Source of the DNA: Marsupella aquatica
Lineage: Eukaryota > Plantae > Marchantiophyta
NCBI GenBank assembly: GCA_973895155.1
Contig: OZ316895.1
Span: 16,188,816 to 16,252,815, forward strand
Direction of reading: 5' to 3'
Length of the DNA stretch: 64,000 bases
Below the pieces are notes generated by a model. That model was given only the letters and a program-made list of their open reading frames with translations, was not told the origin of the DNA and made no database searches. This document shows positions 38,487-49,713 of this stretch, in pieces; the stretch's first letter is position 1, and each line of letters starts with the position of its first letter. Made by a program: the position numbers and the translations under genes.

Positions 38487-39835
38487 ATGGATGCCAGTCA
38501 CTCATCTAGCTGCATTGAGCGCTTCAGCGGGCGGCCAGGCACTGTCTCTTTACGTGAGTTCAAATCCACTTTCTACACTGTCGTTTATGAATTGGTGTTG
38601 AAGTATGGCAGCAATTTCACAAATGCTTTTGCATTTAAGTAGCTAGCCAGGTATGTGCACCATGAGGCTTTGGATGTGTATGAGCAGCACTCTCAACGGC
38701 TGCTTGCTGTCACACAGTTGCCTAACCCTACGTATGCCAGTGCAATTGCGGCGGCCTCACAATTGGCCTTACAGAATGCCATTGCAGCCCATGCTGCTGC
38801 TCCTGCCACTTCCCCTCCTACTCCAGTTCCTACCACTGCGCCAGTTACTCCCACTGTCTTGGCACAGGCTACATCAGGCATTTGTCCCACCATTGATTCC
38901 CCTGCCTTTGCTGATCCAATGGCTGAGTTTTTCCAGGTTCTTGAATTGGAATTCCCAATCAAGAGTGCTGATAAAATCATGCAGTTGGCCACCTTTGTGA
39001 GGCAGCGCGATGAAACATTGAAGATGATGTATCGCCGGCTTCTCAAGCTAAAGGAGGACACCCAGAGCATCACTGACCTGGAAGCTGCTCATCGCTATCT
39101 TTGCGCATTGGAGGGCACACCAGCTCTCCATTTTCAAGTGTTGTAGCAAGTATTCTCAGAGTTTGGAGACAACTACACCTTGCTCAATGTCTATGACACT
39201 GCTGAGAAACTTGAGTTGGCCCATGCACATTATGAGGCCAGTATTGCGCGTCCACCGCGATCCAGGTACCAAGCTACTGCCCCTACACTGGCCACTCCTT
39301 CCCGTGTGCCACAGTATGGTTCCAAGATCAAGCCAGCACATGCTGCTTCATGCTGCCATCTTGCAACTACTGTGGTAACCCTAATCACAAGGCTAATGAA
39401 TATGATATTGTTGTTGAGGACCTGTCTTGTGATTTTTGCGGGAAAGTGGGCCACTTGGAGGCAGTTTGTTTTGCCAAATTCCCCGATAAAAAGCAGCTAC
39501 GACAGCAGGCCACTCATCCTGCTCCTGTTTCCACTCCCCCACCAGCTAGGAGGGCTCCTACTGCATCAATTGCTCCTCCTTCCAGTGGCAAAGCATCCAG
39601 TCATAACAAATTGCCCAAGCAGCAACAGAAGCAACCAGCTCAGAAGGACGCTCACAACGCACAGGCAACTCAACTCCAGTCTCTGACTCATGAGGTTGAG
39701 TCATTACGTGCCCAACTTGCCAACATCAAAGGCAAGTCCACTGCCTCTCCTAGTCCTTCTCAACCGGCTGGTCACGTGCAACCCATCCCTAGCCTAGGCA
39801 CCACTGACAGTTCATCACCCATACCCGCTCTTTCT
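38487..39835 (+). pseudogene. gag: Retroelement gag, disrupted
   Basis: MDASH..IERFSG..; in-frame TAG at 38640 and 39144; frameshift ~39345; zinc knuckles CNYCGNPNHKANEY (last Cys lost) and CDFCGKVGHLEAVC. Confidence 0.8.
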
Positions 39836-40629
39836 ATGGCTTGCCATTTGATGCTCATATGGGTGAGTGTGTGCTGTCCTCTGCTACACAGCCTGGCCGT
39901 ACAGCAGAATTTTCAGATTCATTCTGCCCTTCCTATTTTGCTTACCAGCAGGCCAGTGCTGCCTCCCGTATTGCTCCCACACGCCGCATTGTACAGGCTG
40001 ATGGTCTTGCTGCTGGTCCTATGACTAGAGCCAGGGGAGCTCGGGCTGTCATGCCCCAATCTTTTCAGCCACTCACACTTGCTGAAGAGCGCACCTTGTT
40101 GGCGAGGGGCGAGGGAGCTGTAGCTACATCCATTCCACCACCAGGTGCTGCTGACATTTCACAGGGAGTTGTTTTTCCTGAGCTGCTTGAGCATTTCACC
40201 TTCGGTATGGCACAAAGGATTCTTACCACTCCACTTTTCAGTTGCCATGATTTACAGTTGGATGCTAGAGCTGTCATCAGAGCGCTAGAGGGCTCACTGC
40301 ATTCTTCATCAGCCCCTGTGACACCGGTTTTGGAGGTCCAATCTCATGTACATCCTGGACCTTCTTCTTCTCCATTACATGCTTCCACTGGTTTGGCTAT
40401 CCCAGTACCGATTTCTAGTGGTAGAGATGACAGTATTGCTGCAGATTGTGTGACCAGAGCTACACTTGATTCTGGTCATGCTGCTCCATCTTTCTTGGCT
40501 ATGCTGTTGAGTGGGAAGACCGTGGACACTAACTCCCTTCACAAGGTACCTCATCATTTGCCAAAAGTGGTGCCTAGTGACAGGACTTTAGTTTCCACCA
40601 CCATTGCCATTGTTGACAACAGGAATTCA

Positions 40630-40980
40630 GCAGTCAAGTTGGAGGGTCACACTCCTCAGGTGGTCATGCTAGACACAAGCGCTCAACCAGTAATCTTGGG
40701 CATTCAGTTTGCCAAGAAGATGGGACTGCTGACTGATCATTTACAGCAATCCAGGTGGCACATTCGGACTGCTAGTGGCACTATGAAGGATGTGTTGGGT
40801 GAGAGTTCTACTTTACTCACTCTCACTTTTAATGGAGGTACAGATCAGGAACTGCATTTCCCAGTCAGATGTTTGGTTACCAATGCCACTACGTATGATG
40901 TGCTCATTGGCCAAGAGGCTTTGTTCCCACCAGGTTTTACCATTAACAACTGGCATGAGCATGCATACTACAGAGTTGAT
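40630..40980 (+). pseudogene. Retroviral-type aspartic protease domain
   Basis: VMLDTSAQ (Asp codon 40672; DTG reads DTS), IRTASG flap, YDVLIG. Confidence 0.8.
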
Positions 40981-41337
40981 TGGCATACGGATGGCTCACA
41001 CTTGGGATACATTCCACTTGATTTGCATGGTGCCCATACCCCTATGGCTCACCACTGTGTGTTGAAAGCAGTGCACACAGCTACCTATGTCAACCACCCA
41101 TTGCAGGATTGGATTGAGGAGGATGATGATGAGGTGGCTACTGCACATGCTGCTGCACGTATAGCAGCCCTTTCCAGCAACGTGGATCATCAACCAGAGG
41201 TGGTACAACGGCTCCAAGCAGCCCATGGACCTTTGGTGGCTGCATTGCACAAATTTGAGGACCTTGGGCAGCACAATGGACAACCAATAGCCCCAATCTT
41301 GAGCGCACCAGTTACATGGACTCCTCCTTCAGATGGC

Positions 41338-42275
41338 CTTACATTGCTTGAGCTTTTTGGTGGCATTTCTACAGGCCTGGAAGCTCTCCTAAAGTCTGGC
41401 ATGGTGGTGAAGCAGTACATCTATGTGGATATTGATCCAGGTGCAAGGCAAGTGGCTGAATCCCGTCTGCTGGAATTTTCAGAGCGATTTCCCCAACAGT
41501 TTCCGCATAGTGCATGGACGTCTGCATTTTCTTTCTTCCCTCCAGATATCCAGCTTGTCCAGCACCGGCACTTAACCCTTCTTGGCTCCCTTGATTTGAT
41601 CATAGCTGGTTGGGAATGCCAAGGGTTTTCAGCTGCTGGTCACGGTGCTGGACTGCATGATTCTCGTTCTGGCCTTTTCACAGCATTGGTTCAAATTCTC
41701 ACCTGGGCTCAATCCCTTTATCCTGCTATTGGTTATATCATTGAGAATACTCCATCTCAGTTTGACCAGCGTCCACAGGTCAAAGAGGATTTCAGTGTGG
41801 TCCAGCACTACTTGGGACCACCCCTTCTCATTGATGCAGTGCACTGTGGTTCTTATGCACATCGTCTTCGTAACTTTTGGACTAACCTTGCACCACCTTC
41901 CTTGCTGGAGATGGCTCTTCACCACACATCCAGGGACACTAACCTCACAGTGGACCAGATTTTGGATGCTGACAGTCCTTGCGAACCAGTTACACGGCAA
42001 GAGCCAACACCTTGGTATCCAGCCAATACCATTGGACAACCCCGTGCTGCTTGGCCTACATTTGTGTCCTTTCCAGGTGCACATGCTTTTTAGGGTGATG
42101 GTCCTGGTCTGGTTTATCGACATTCTACCGGTACATGGGATGAACCTAGTCCTGAGGAGAGAGAACGGGCTATGGGCTTCCAACCCGGTACTACAGGTCA
42201 CACCAAAATCACCAGGCTGGCCAGGAATGCTTTACTTGGCAGGGTAATGGATCTCAATGCTCTCACTTGGCTTAT
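41338..42275 (+). pseudogene. C5 cytosine DNA methyltransferase domain, DNMT3-like, inside Pol
   Basis: Motif I LELFGGISTG; II YIYVDID; III DI; IV DLIIAGWECQGFSAAG (Cys 41617); VI IIENT; VIII AHRLRNFWTNL; after one TAG (42091) in the same frame, IX EERERAMGF and X TRLARNALLGR. Confidence 0.92.
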
Positions 42276-42629
42276 GGTCACTTGCATCCTTTTTCAGGTG
42301 TCCATTCCTCCAGCATTAGGAGCTCCAGCCCTACCACTCCACAGTGTTGTTGCATGGCATCCAGACCAGGTGCACTTACCTCTGTCCAACACTCACCACT
42401 TCAGTCCAAGTGTTGGGGGGGAGGAGGTCCCTTGTAATGCGGCTGACATTATTTCTGAGTTTCATGGTGTGGACCACTTCAGATCAGCAGGTACAACAGG
42501 CCTTGGAGAGGCCTCATCACCTTATCAGCAGCATGCTAGCAGCTTGGACAGTGGAGAGGCTGGCACTTCTGGCTCTTCAAGCACGAGTACATCAGGTCCT
42601 ATTCCTAGTGTTGCCAACTACACATTTAT

Positions 42630-44040
42630 CATGGGCAACCACCTGAGTAAAAGACAGAAGGACCAACTGCTGAATTTTCTCCTCAAGCATGAGAATGTGT
42701 TTGCTTTCTCTATGAAGGACTTGGGTAAGTGCAAGACTATGCAGTTCTCCATTGAGTTGGTTGATGAAACACCTATCTTCAGGCGGAGACACCGTTTGAG
42801 TAAGCATGAGTGGCAGCTGGTGGATGAGAGGTGCCAAGAGCTCTATGAAGCTGGTCTTATTCAGCCATCTACATCAGATTTTGCAGCAGCTACAGTGATG
42901 CCAGCAAAGAAGGATTCCAGTGGATTGTGGACAGAGAAGCGCATGTGTGGGGACTACAGGCCATTGAACCTGGTCACACCCCATGACAGGTACCCCATGC
43001 CGCGGCCAGAGGAGCTATTTGACAGTATTGGAGACTCAGACATCTTCACTCTTGTGGATCTAAGGCAAGGCTTCAACCAGATTTTGCTGCTTGCAAAGGA
43101 TCGCAAGAAAACATCTTTCCATGGTAGTAACCAACTATGGGAGTGGTTGGTGATGCCATTTGGCTTGAAGAATGCGCCCATATTCTTTCAAAGAGTCATG
43201 GACCAGGTTCTTCAAGGTGCTGAGTTTCTGAAATGCTACATTGATGATGTGTTGGTCCACAGCAAAGGATTTGACCAGCATCTACTTGACCTTGAGGAGC
43301 TATTCATGAGGCTTAAGAAGGTGAACCTAAAGATACAGCCCAAGAAGTGTGAATTTGCTGTCAGATCAGTAGTATACCTTGGGCACCGCATTCTTCCAAA
43401 TGGAACCATGGCTCACTGGGCCAAGGTGGCATCCATCTTGGAAATGCCCACTCCTACCGACGTTCACACTTTGAGGAGCTTTATTGGGTTGTGCAATTAC
43501 TACCGGATCTACATCAAAGATTTTAGTACCATTGCACACCCATTGTACTCTTTGTTGAAAAACAATGTGCCTTGGACATGGAGTACAGATGCTGAGGCAA
43601 CATTTGCCACTTTGAAGGAGAAGCTCTCAAAATACCCAATGCTAAGAAGACCTGATTTCAGCAAGGTCTTTGTGCTACACACAGATTGGAGTGCCCTTGG
43701 GATTGGTGCCATTCTGGGCCAGCATGATGAGGAAGGTAAAGAGTATGTCATTGCCTATGCATCCAGGAGCAACAATCAGGCAGAGAGTCATTATTCTTCT
43801 TATGAGGGTGAATGCCTTGCTGTTGTGTGGGCTATCATACATTACAGGCCCTACCTCTATGGGACCAGGTTTGTTCTCTACACCGACCACCAGCCCTTGA
43901 AGTGGTTGATGACCAATGACAAGCTTACTGGCAAGCTTGCTCGTTGGGCGCTCATACTCCAGGAGTATGATTTTGAGGTAATTCATAGGCCTGGTGTGAC
44001 ACATCAAAATGCTGACACTATGTCCTGCAGCCCTTTGATT
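42630..44040 (+). pseudogene. pol: Reverse transcriptase + RNase H (Ty3/Gypsy)
   Basis: RMCGDYRPLN, DLRQGFNQ, VMPFGLKNAP, YIDD (43237-43248), YLGH, FIGLCNYYR; RNase H LHTDWS, YEGECLA, TDHQPL, NADTMS. Confidence 0.97.
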
Positions 44041-44294
44041 GCCTCTGATGATCCCTCAGATGCACGGTAGGATTTTGACCAGGTTTCCATCCTGCCTACA
44101 TTTCATGCATCTACCTATCTTGCTTTGTTGCCATGCTACATTGTTGACCAACCTGTGGTGGACATATGGGAGAACAACGACACTCTGAGATTTTTGCAGG
44201 ATGGGGAGTACCCCACCCATGTTACTGCTGCCCAGAGAGACCGAATTCAGCAAAGGTCCAAGCGCTACTTGTGAAAGGGAGATTATCTTGTGCC

Positions 44295-45400
44295 GCTGCT
44301 TGCCAGACAGGGAAGTGGTGGTTCCACCCATTCATGAGAGGGTTGGCCTTATCCGTAAGGTACATTCTAAGCTTGGTCATTTTGGTGTTAAGAGGACTTA
44401 TAGCCTCTTGGTCCCCCATTATCATTGGAGAGGCATGCATGGCTAGGTTCGAGATGTTATTGCCCGGTGTGAGCAATGTGATAGGGTAAGGACTTCTTTC
44501 ACATCTCGGCAACCCACACTTCATCCACTCCCTATTCAGGGCATGTTTTATCGTTGGTCATGTGATTTGGCTGGAGAATTACCCCTCACATCTCGGGGTA
44601 ATCTCTACATCATGATCATGATAGAGCATTTCTCCAAGTGGATAGAACTTGTGGCATTGCCAGATAAGACCTCCCGTAGCACCAGCCAGGCATTCTTGCA
44701 ACAAGTTCTCAGCCGCTTTGGAGCTTGTGCATAATGTCTCACTGACCAGGGCTCAGAGTTTAGAGGAGAGTTCCAGGAGCTGCTTGATCAGGCTCTCATT
44801 GATCATCGCCGGACATCACGAGATCACCCACAGGCAAATGGCTTGGCAGAGCGCATGGTTCAGACATGCAAGAAGGGCCTTCGGAAGATCTGCCTCACCA
44901 AAAACAAGGAGGATTGGGACCTGGCCTTACCCTACATTGCCATGGGGTATAGGATGTCCAGACATGCATCATTGTCTAACTTTTCTCCCTACTTCTTGTT
45001 GTTTGGTCGTCACCCAGTTCCACCTTCTGCTATTGCTTCTCACATGCTTCAGGTGGTGGACTTGGATTCAGCTGTGACTTGGTCTGATGTGATCTCTGAG
45101 AGGGCTGCCCTATTCAGGAGGGTTATGCCCATGGCCATGGAGAATTTGGCCATTGCACAGCTCAGGGACACACTGCGTTATGCACACACACGAGGGGGCA
45201 CTTTTCAGCCCAAGGTCAGGAAGTTTGAAGTGGGAGATTTTGTGTACTTGCAGCGGCAAGCTAACGACACCCTGGACACCTCTACCAGTCGCACTATTCT
45301 CAGGGTCAAAGCTATTCGACCGTTTGGAGTGCTAGAGTTACAAGGGGCAGATGGGCGCACAATTGCTGACAATGCCAAGAATTGCGCCCCTTGTCATCTG
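44295..45400 (+). pseudogene. DDE integrase, disrupted
   Basis: HSKLGH...CEQC zinc finger; WSCDLAG, TDQGSEF, NGLAERMV catalytic triad; FEVGDFVYL; stops at 44444 and 44732; frameshift ~44292. Confidence 0.95.
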
Positions 45401-45457
45401 CCTAACCTGGATCCCACCATTGTGACTTCTACTTGGATTCCACCTGTGGACTACCCT

Positions 45458-45592
45458 TGCAAAGTGTGTTTGCGAATTGATGATGCTTACCAGATGCCGC
45501 TGTGTGACAATTGCAATGGAGGGTACCATCTTTTCTGCCTTCGGCCTGAACTTCCCCAGGTGCCAGAAGGGTTATGGTTTTGCCCTTCCTGT
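45458..45592 (+). other. PHD finger fused to the integrase C-terminus
   Basis: C4-H-C3 pattern: CKVC..LCDNCNGGYHLFCLRPELPQVPEGLWFCPSC; ORF stop at 45610. Confidence 0.92.
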
Positions 45593-45825
45593 GCTCCACG
45601 TGCTATCTGACTTTTCTTCAGCCCTCCTTTTGGCTGTGGTCTGGGGGGGATACAGAGGTTTACACCTCCACTACGTACATACCACCTCAGTTGCTTTTTC
45701 TTGGCACTTGTGAATGTGATTGAACTTTTTCTATGCATGTTGGTTGCTAGCAGCTTGCACATATGCATTGCCGGTGACTTGTATGTTTTCGATACACTAT
45801 GGCTACGATACTATATGTCACGACA

Positions 45826-46560
45826 TCTCCCACTTAGCCAATGCCACTGCTTTTTGCTCAGACTGCTCCAGAAATGTTTTGCACCAACCCAAAATTTTGC
45901 AACCATCCAAGCCTCCTAAACCCTGCCAAAAGCCCATTCAAAATGTCAGTAGGAAGAACTCAGCTGCCAACCAAAGAGAATAAGTTGAAGGTCATCTTGA
46001 CCGCTAAAGCCTGAGACTAAAATTAAGGCGCTGCAATTTAAAGTAAATTGTCTCAGTCCATAAGAATGAAACAGAGCAGCTGGTTAATCTCGAGGAGGGA
46101 TTATCCAAATTGCCGAAAGAATCATGGAGGGAAGAACTGGGTAAACCAAGTGCAAGTGAAGTTTTCAGCACCTTAATAATTTTTTCTCAAGGATATTGAA
46201 TGCAGATCAATCAAGCTACCATATTTGAGGCATTGGACCACATGAGAGAACTGAAAAATTTAGAGACAGTTTGCAAATTGAGAAAAATATGAAATTCCTG
46301 TGCTTAAACAACAAATATTTGTAAATTGATAGTTGGAGATGCTAGTAGACAAATGAAGACCTTAAACAACTCTTGCCTCAATGCCTCGATGTTGAATACC
46401 AACCTAAACACTAAACACTTGCTTGGGGAAACAAATCCAGAGGAATGCCCGAAGTGTGAAAGACCACACAAGCCAAGTGAACAACAGAAGCAAACCAAGG
46501 CCATCCCAAAGATACAAGACACGGCTAAGAATCCAACTGACAAGTGTATGCTAAATTCAA
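45826..46560 (-). mobile_element. Decayed L1-like LINE, upstream part of the element split by the Gypsy-type insertion
   Basis: Minus strand reads LGLP (~46140-46155) and FWSSLSKKQWHWLS (~45833-45875), typical post-RT L1 motifs. Confidence 0.4.
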
Positions 46561-47888
46561 CTCAATAGTTTGGAAGCTTAAGACCATTGTTGTGGAAAGA
46601 GAAGAAATCGGGAGGACCGTTCACCCCTTCTACATGTTTAGGTTTTGGTTTCATTTCATGCTCCTGCTTTGTTTGGTGATTGATCTTCATCCACTCCCAG
46701 CCTCAGCTATTTTGGGTGATCTTGGAGCCCCCTGGGATTTTGGGCACTATGGCTTTTGGTTGAAGTGTGCCTTGGCCCTTTGGGTCTGTTTTGTCGTTGC
46801 CCCCATTGGTCTTTACTGCGGTGGTCCTTTCAAATCCATTGGCGCACTGTTGCTTTCCTATTTCTTTTAAAAGGATTGTAATTAAAATAAAGGGAAGGAA
46901 CGGTTCGTTGGTCCACGCATGTCCCAAGGGGGTGCAAACAGAAAATAAAATGTTTGAAGTACACGGGTCGGGGTATCTTTGAACTGGTGTGGGGGAAACT
47001 TTTCTTTTTAACTAATGTTAGTTTTAATTTTCTGGGAAACTTGAATACCCGTTATTAAAGTAAGTACGCATGTGTAAGCGTGTGCTTTCTACAATGTACT
47101 GAATGGCTGCGTTCCACTTTTCGCTTCCCTTTTTGTTCGCTTTCTCCCCTGTCTTATTAATCGTAACGACCAGAATAACTTTATCAAAGGAATTAGAATT
47201 TGAAATCCATCTGTTAGCTTAATAAAGAGGCACACGTTTCCACTGGAAGTGCAATGCCGCGCTTTTTATGTAAAAAAGGAGTATGCAAAGATACCCTTCA
47301 TTCCCGTCCAGGTAAAAGAGGTGAAGTAAAGTTAAATACAGACGCTCTTACCAGCTCATCTCATCAGTCGATTATTCAGAGCAACTACCTGCAAAGTTAC
47401 TCAGAGTTGTCAGGTTGTAAAGTTCCAAAAAATAATATCATCAATCATGTGTGTCTGGCTTGGGCTCGTAGCCAATCTACTGGTTTAATTGTGATTGCTG
47501 ATGACAGTAATGATGTGGACAACGGGTTCCAAGAGCGTTGGCAAAAACACCCTTACAATAGTGAGATTCTCTTAAGAATTTCTGGGATGGTTTACTATTA
47601 CAATGAAAAATGGAAGGCTTTCTGGGTTATAGTTAGGTGTGCATATTGAGTTGAGCTCAGCAACCAAGGTGTAGGTAGTCATACTTTGAATATGAAGTCC
47701 CTAAGGTGAAAGACGAGGATGATAGATGGAGGAGGTTCAACTTACCGTGTTGTCCTTCCTGTCAAGACTTGATGGTGGATGGTAAGGAGTTCAGATGTTT
47801 CTAACTTTCATACATGCTCATGCCACTTCATGGTAAGTGATGATGCTGTCAAAGACTATCCCACATGTAGGGATACTCTCTTATTTTA

Positions 47889-48770
47889 GGCCATGCCTCG
47901 ATACATTGTTGTAAGTGCCACTCTCTCTGCATGACAGCAAAGAAACCACGCATTTTGGCTCTTGGTTTGAGTTTAGTTTGCCCAAGTTAGGGCCATAGTT
48001 GAGTTGGTATTCTAGCTTGCAAGATGAACTGGGTCTTCTTGAAGCAAAGCCGTTGTTAAGGGCACCTTTGGCATCATCCTCTATTTAGGTCTGACTGGGC
48101 CCATTGTCACTTAGTTTTCTTGAATTATTGTTGAGGCATAGCTCGCCACTTGGTAGATGGATTTTTAGACAGTGATTTGTTGGATACTCTCTTACATTCC
48201 AATTTTAGTACTCATTTTCTTCTATGGCCCTGCGTTTGCCCATTTGCATCCTTTGTGCCTTCGTCACCCACAACCATGGCCATCCCCTTTGGGCTTTTAG
48301 TATGTTTAGTGGCCTCCTGCACTTCCTCCACAAGTTTCTGTTTGTTTCTAGCCGTGACAACACCTGCAGGTTTTCATCCATTTTCAGGCCTGTAGCTCCT
48401 CCTTTTCCTGCACTTTCCAGCTGTGCACATATATGCACTTTGGGGACAGTCAACAACGTGATGGGCCTTTTCTGGTCCATATTTTTCACAAGGAAATAAG
48501 GGCTGAGCACTGTTTGCCTCACTTTACTCAACCTTTTTGGCTCTCGCACCTGTGTACACGAAGCAATGGGGCCATTTTTATGCCTGTCCCCATGTTTTGT
48601 AGGATGTCTCAACATGCATCATTATCTAGTTCCTCTACTTAGGTTTGGCTATTTGGGTAGGCACCCACTTCTACCTTCTCCTATAGCCGTCCATCATTAT
48701 CTAGTTCCTCTCCTTAGGTTTGGCTATTTGGGTAGGCACCCACTTCTACCTTCTTCTAGCCGTCGTGACT
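47889..48770 (+). mobile_element. Old, internally deleted relative of the 36179 element
   Basis: 5' part matches the family 5' end (catgcc, ttcttgaagcaaa, ttttcttgaat, acagtgatt.gtt.gat.ctc); 48590-48690 matches integrase 44940-45037; local ~72-bp tandem duplication at 48618-48762. Confidence 0.65.
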
Positions 48771-49362
48771 AATAATAGAACCTAGCCAGTATATCAAAGT
48801 CATGTAACTCATCAGTAGTCAACTTGCACACAATCTCACTGAAAACTTACATACTAGCATAAATAGGTGTGTTGAGCCAGGTGTCACATGATACACCAAA
48901 AAAGTAAATATATGCAATCTATATAACTAGAGAAAGCTAGATTTGGGGTTAGGCTTTTAGAGTGACTACTCTAGAGGGTGACTGTAGGGCCCCGCCAAAC
49001 CAAAATTTATGTGGATAGAAAGAAGGATGAGATGTTATGTATGTGTAAATAATATTAGTTGTCCCAGCATGAGTGACCAGTGGTAGCAGTCTTCATTGCC
49101 GAGTGCGATTATGAGTTTAAGTTTTATAAGTATATTTTGCATAAACAGCCATCCCAAAGTTCAACAAAGCCTTTTGCCCACAAAGTACTTTACACTTAAA
49201 TTAATGTGTATCAACCAAATGGAGATGGGCAGGCCCAAGGGTTTATAAGTGGGTTCCAGGAACTAAAGCGAATACTCAGAAAATCTCACCAAGTATAGTG
49301 AATATTTTTGTTTTCTGTCACACCAATGCTTTTTGAAGGTTTGTGCATAAATTCAAAGAGCT

Positions 49363-49713
49363 GATGCTGTCTCGTTAAGGAAGTAGCTTGAAATTGATAC
49401 CAGAGTCATAGCTCACATTATTCTGGGTTGTGATACTCGCTCGTTAATGCTAAAGCTTGAACTTGATACTAAAGTCACACCAAATATTATTATGGGTTGT
49501 GATGCTGTTCCGTTGATGTTAAAGCTTGAAATTGATACCAGAGTCACACCAAACATTACGGGTACTCTGGGGTGTGGTCCTGGCTCGTTAATGCTACAGT
49601 TTGGAAGTTGGAACTGATACCAGAGTCACACCAAATATCATTCTCGGTTGTGCATAAACTCGAAGAGCTGATACTGGCTCTTCAATTAATGCTAAAGCTT
49701 GAACTTGATACCA
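49363..49713. repeat. Minisatellite, ~68-bp degenerate unit x ~5
   Basis: Recurring cgttaatgctaaagcttgaa.ttgataccagagtcacaccaaa.att. Confidence 0.8.

Larger units (their letters stand above)
36179..45825 (+). mobile_element. Ty3/Gypsy-type retroelement carrying a C5 DNA methyltransferase and a PHD finger; TG...CA ends, no LTRs found
   Basis: PR-RT-RH-INT domain order; termini TGTCATGCC and TATGTCACGACA; TCTC on both flanks (36175-36178, 45826-45829); both ends shared with the copy at 60600-61951. Confidence 0.85.

Noticed and set aside
42091-42093. Programmed stop-codon readthrough
   Set aside because: The stop lies inside the MTase domain and the element has several other stops and frameshifts, so decay is simpler
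39841-42093. Host DNMT3/DRM gene or bacterial contamination
   Set aside because: The domain is intronless, in frame with protease and RT, lacks UBA/PWWP domains and is embedded in plant-like repeats
45816-45830. TGTCAC as the start of a 3' LTR
   Set aside because: No PPT directly upstream and similarity to the 5' end stops after ~9 nt; the following sequence is TCTC and LINE-like DNA
47889-48200. Candidate 3' LTR of the 36179 element
   Set aside because: Far too diverged from 36179-36540, separated by 2 kb of unrelated DNA and followed by its own integrase remnant; it is a separate family member
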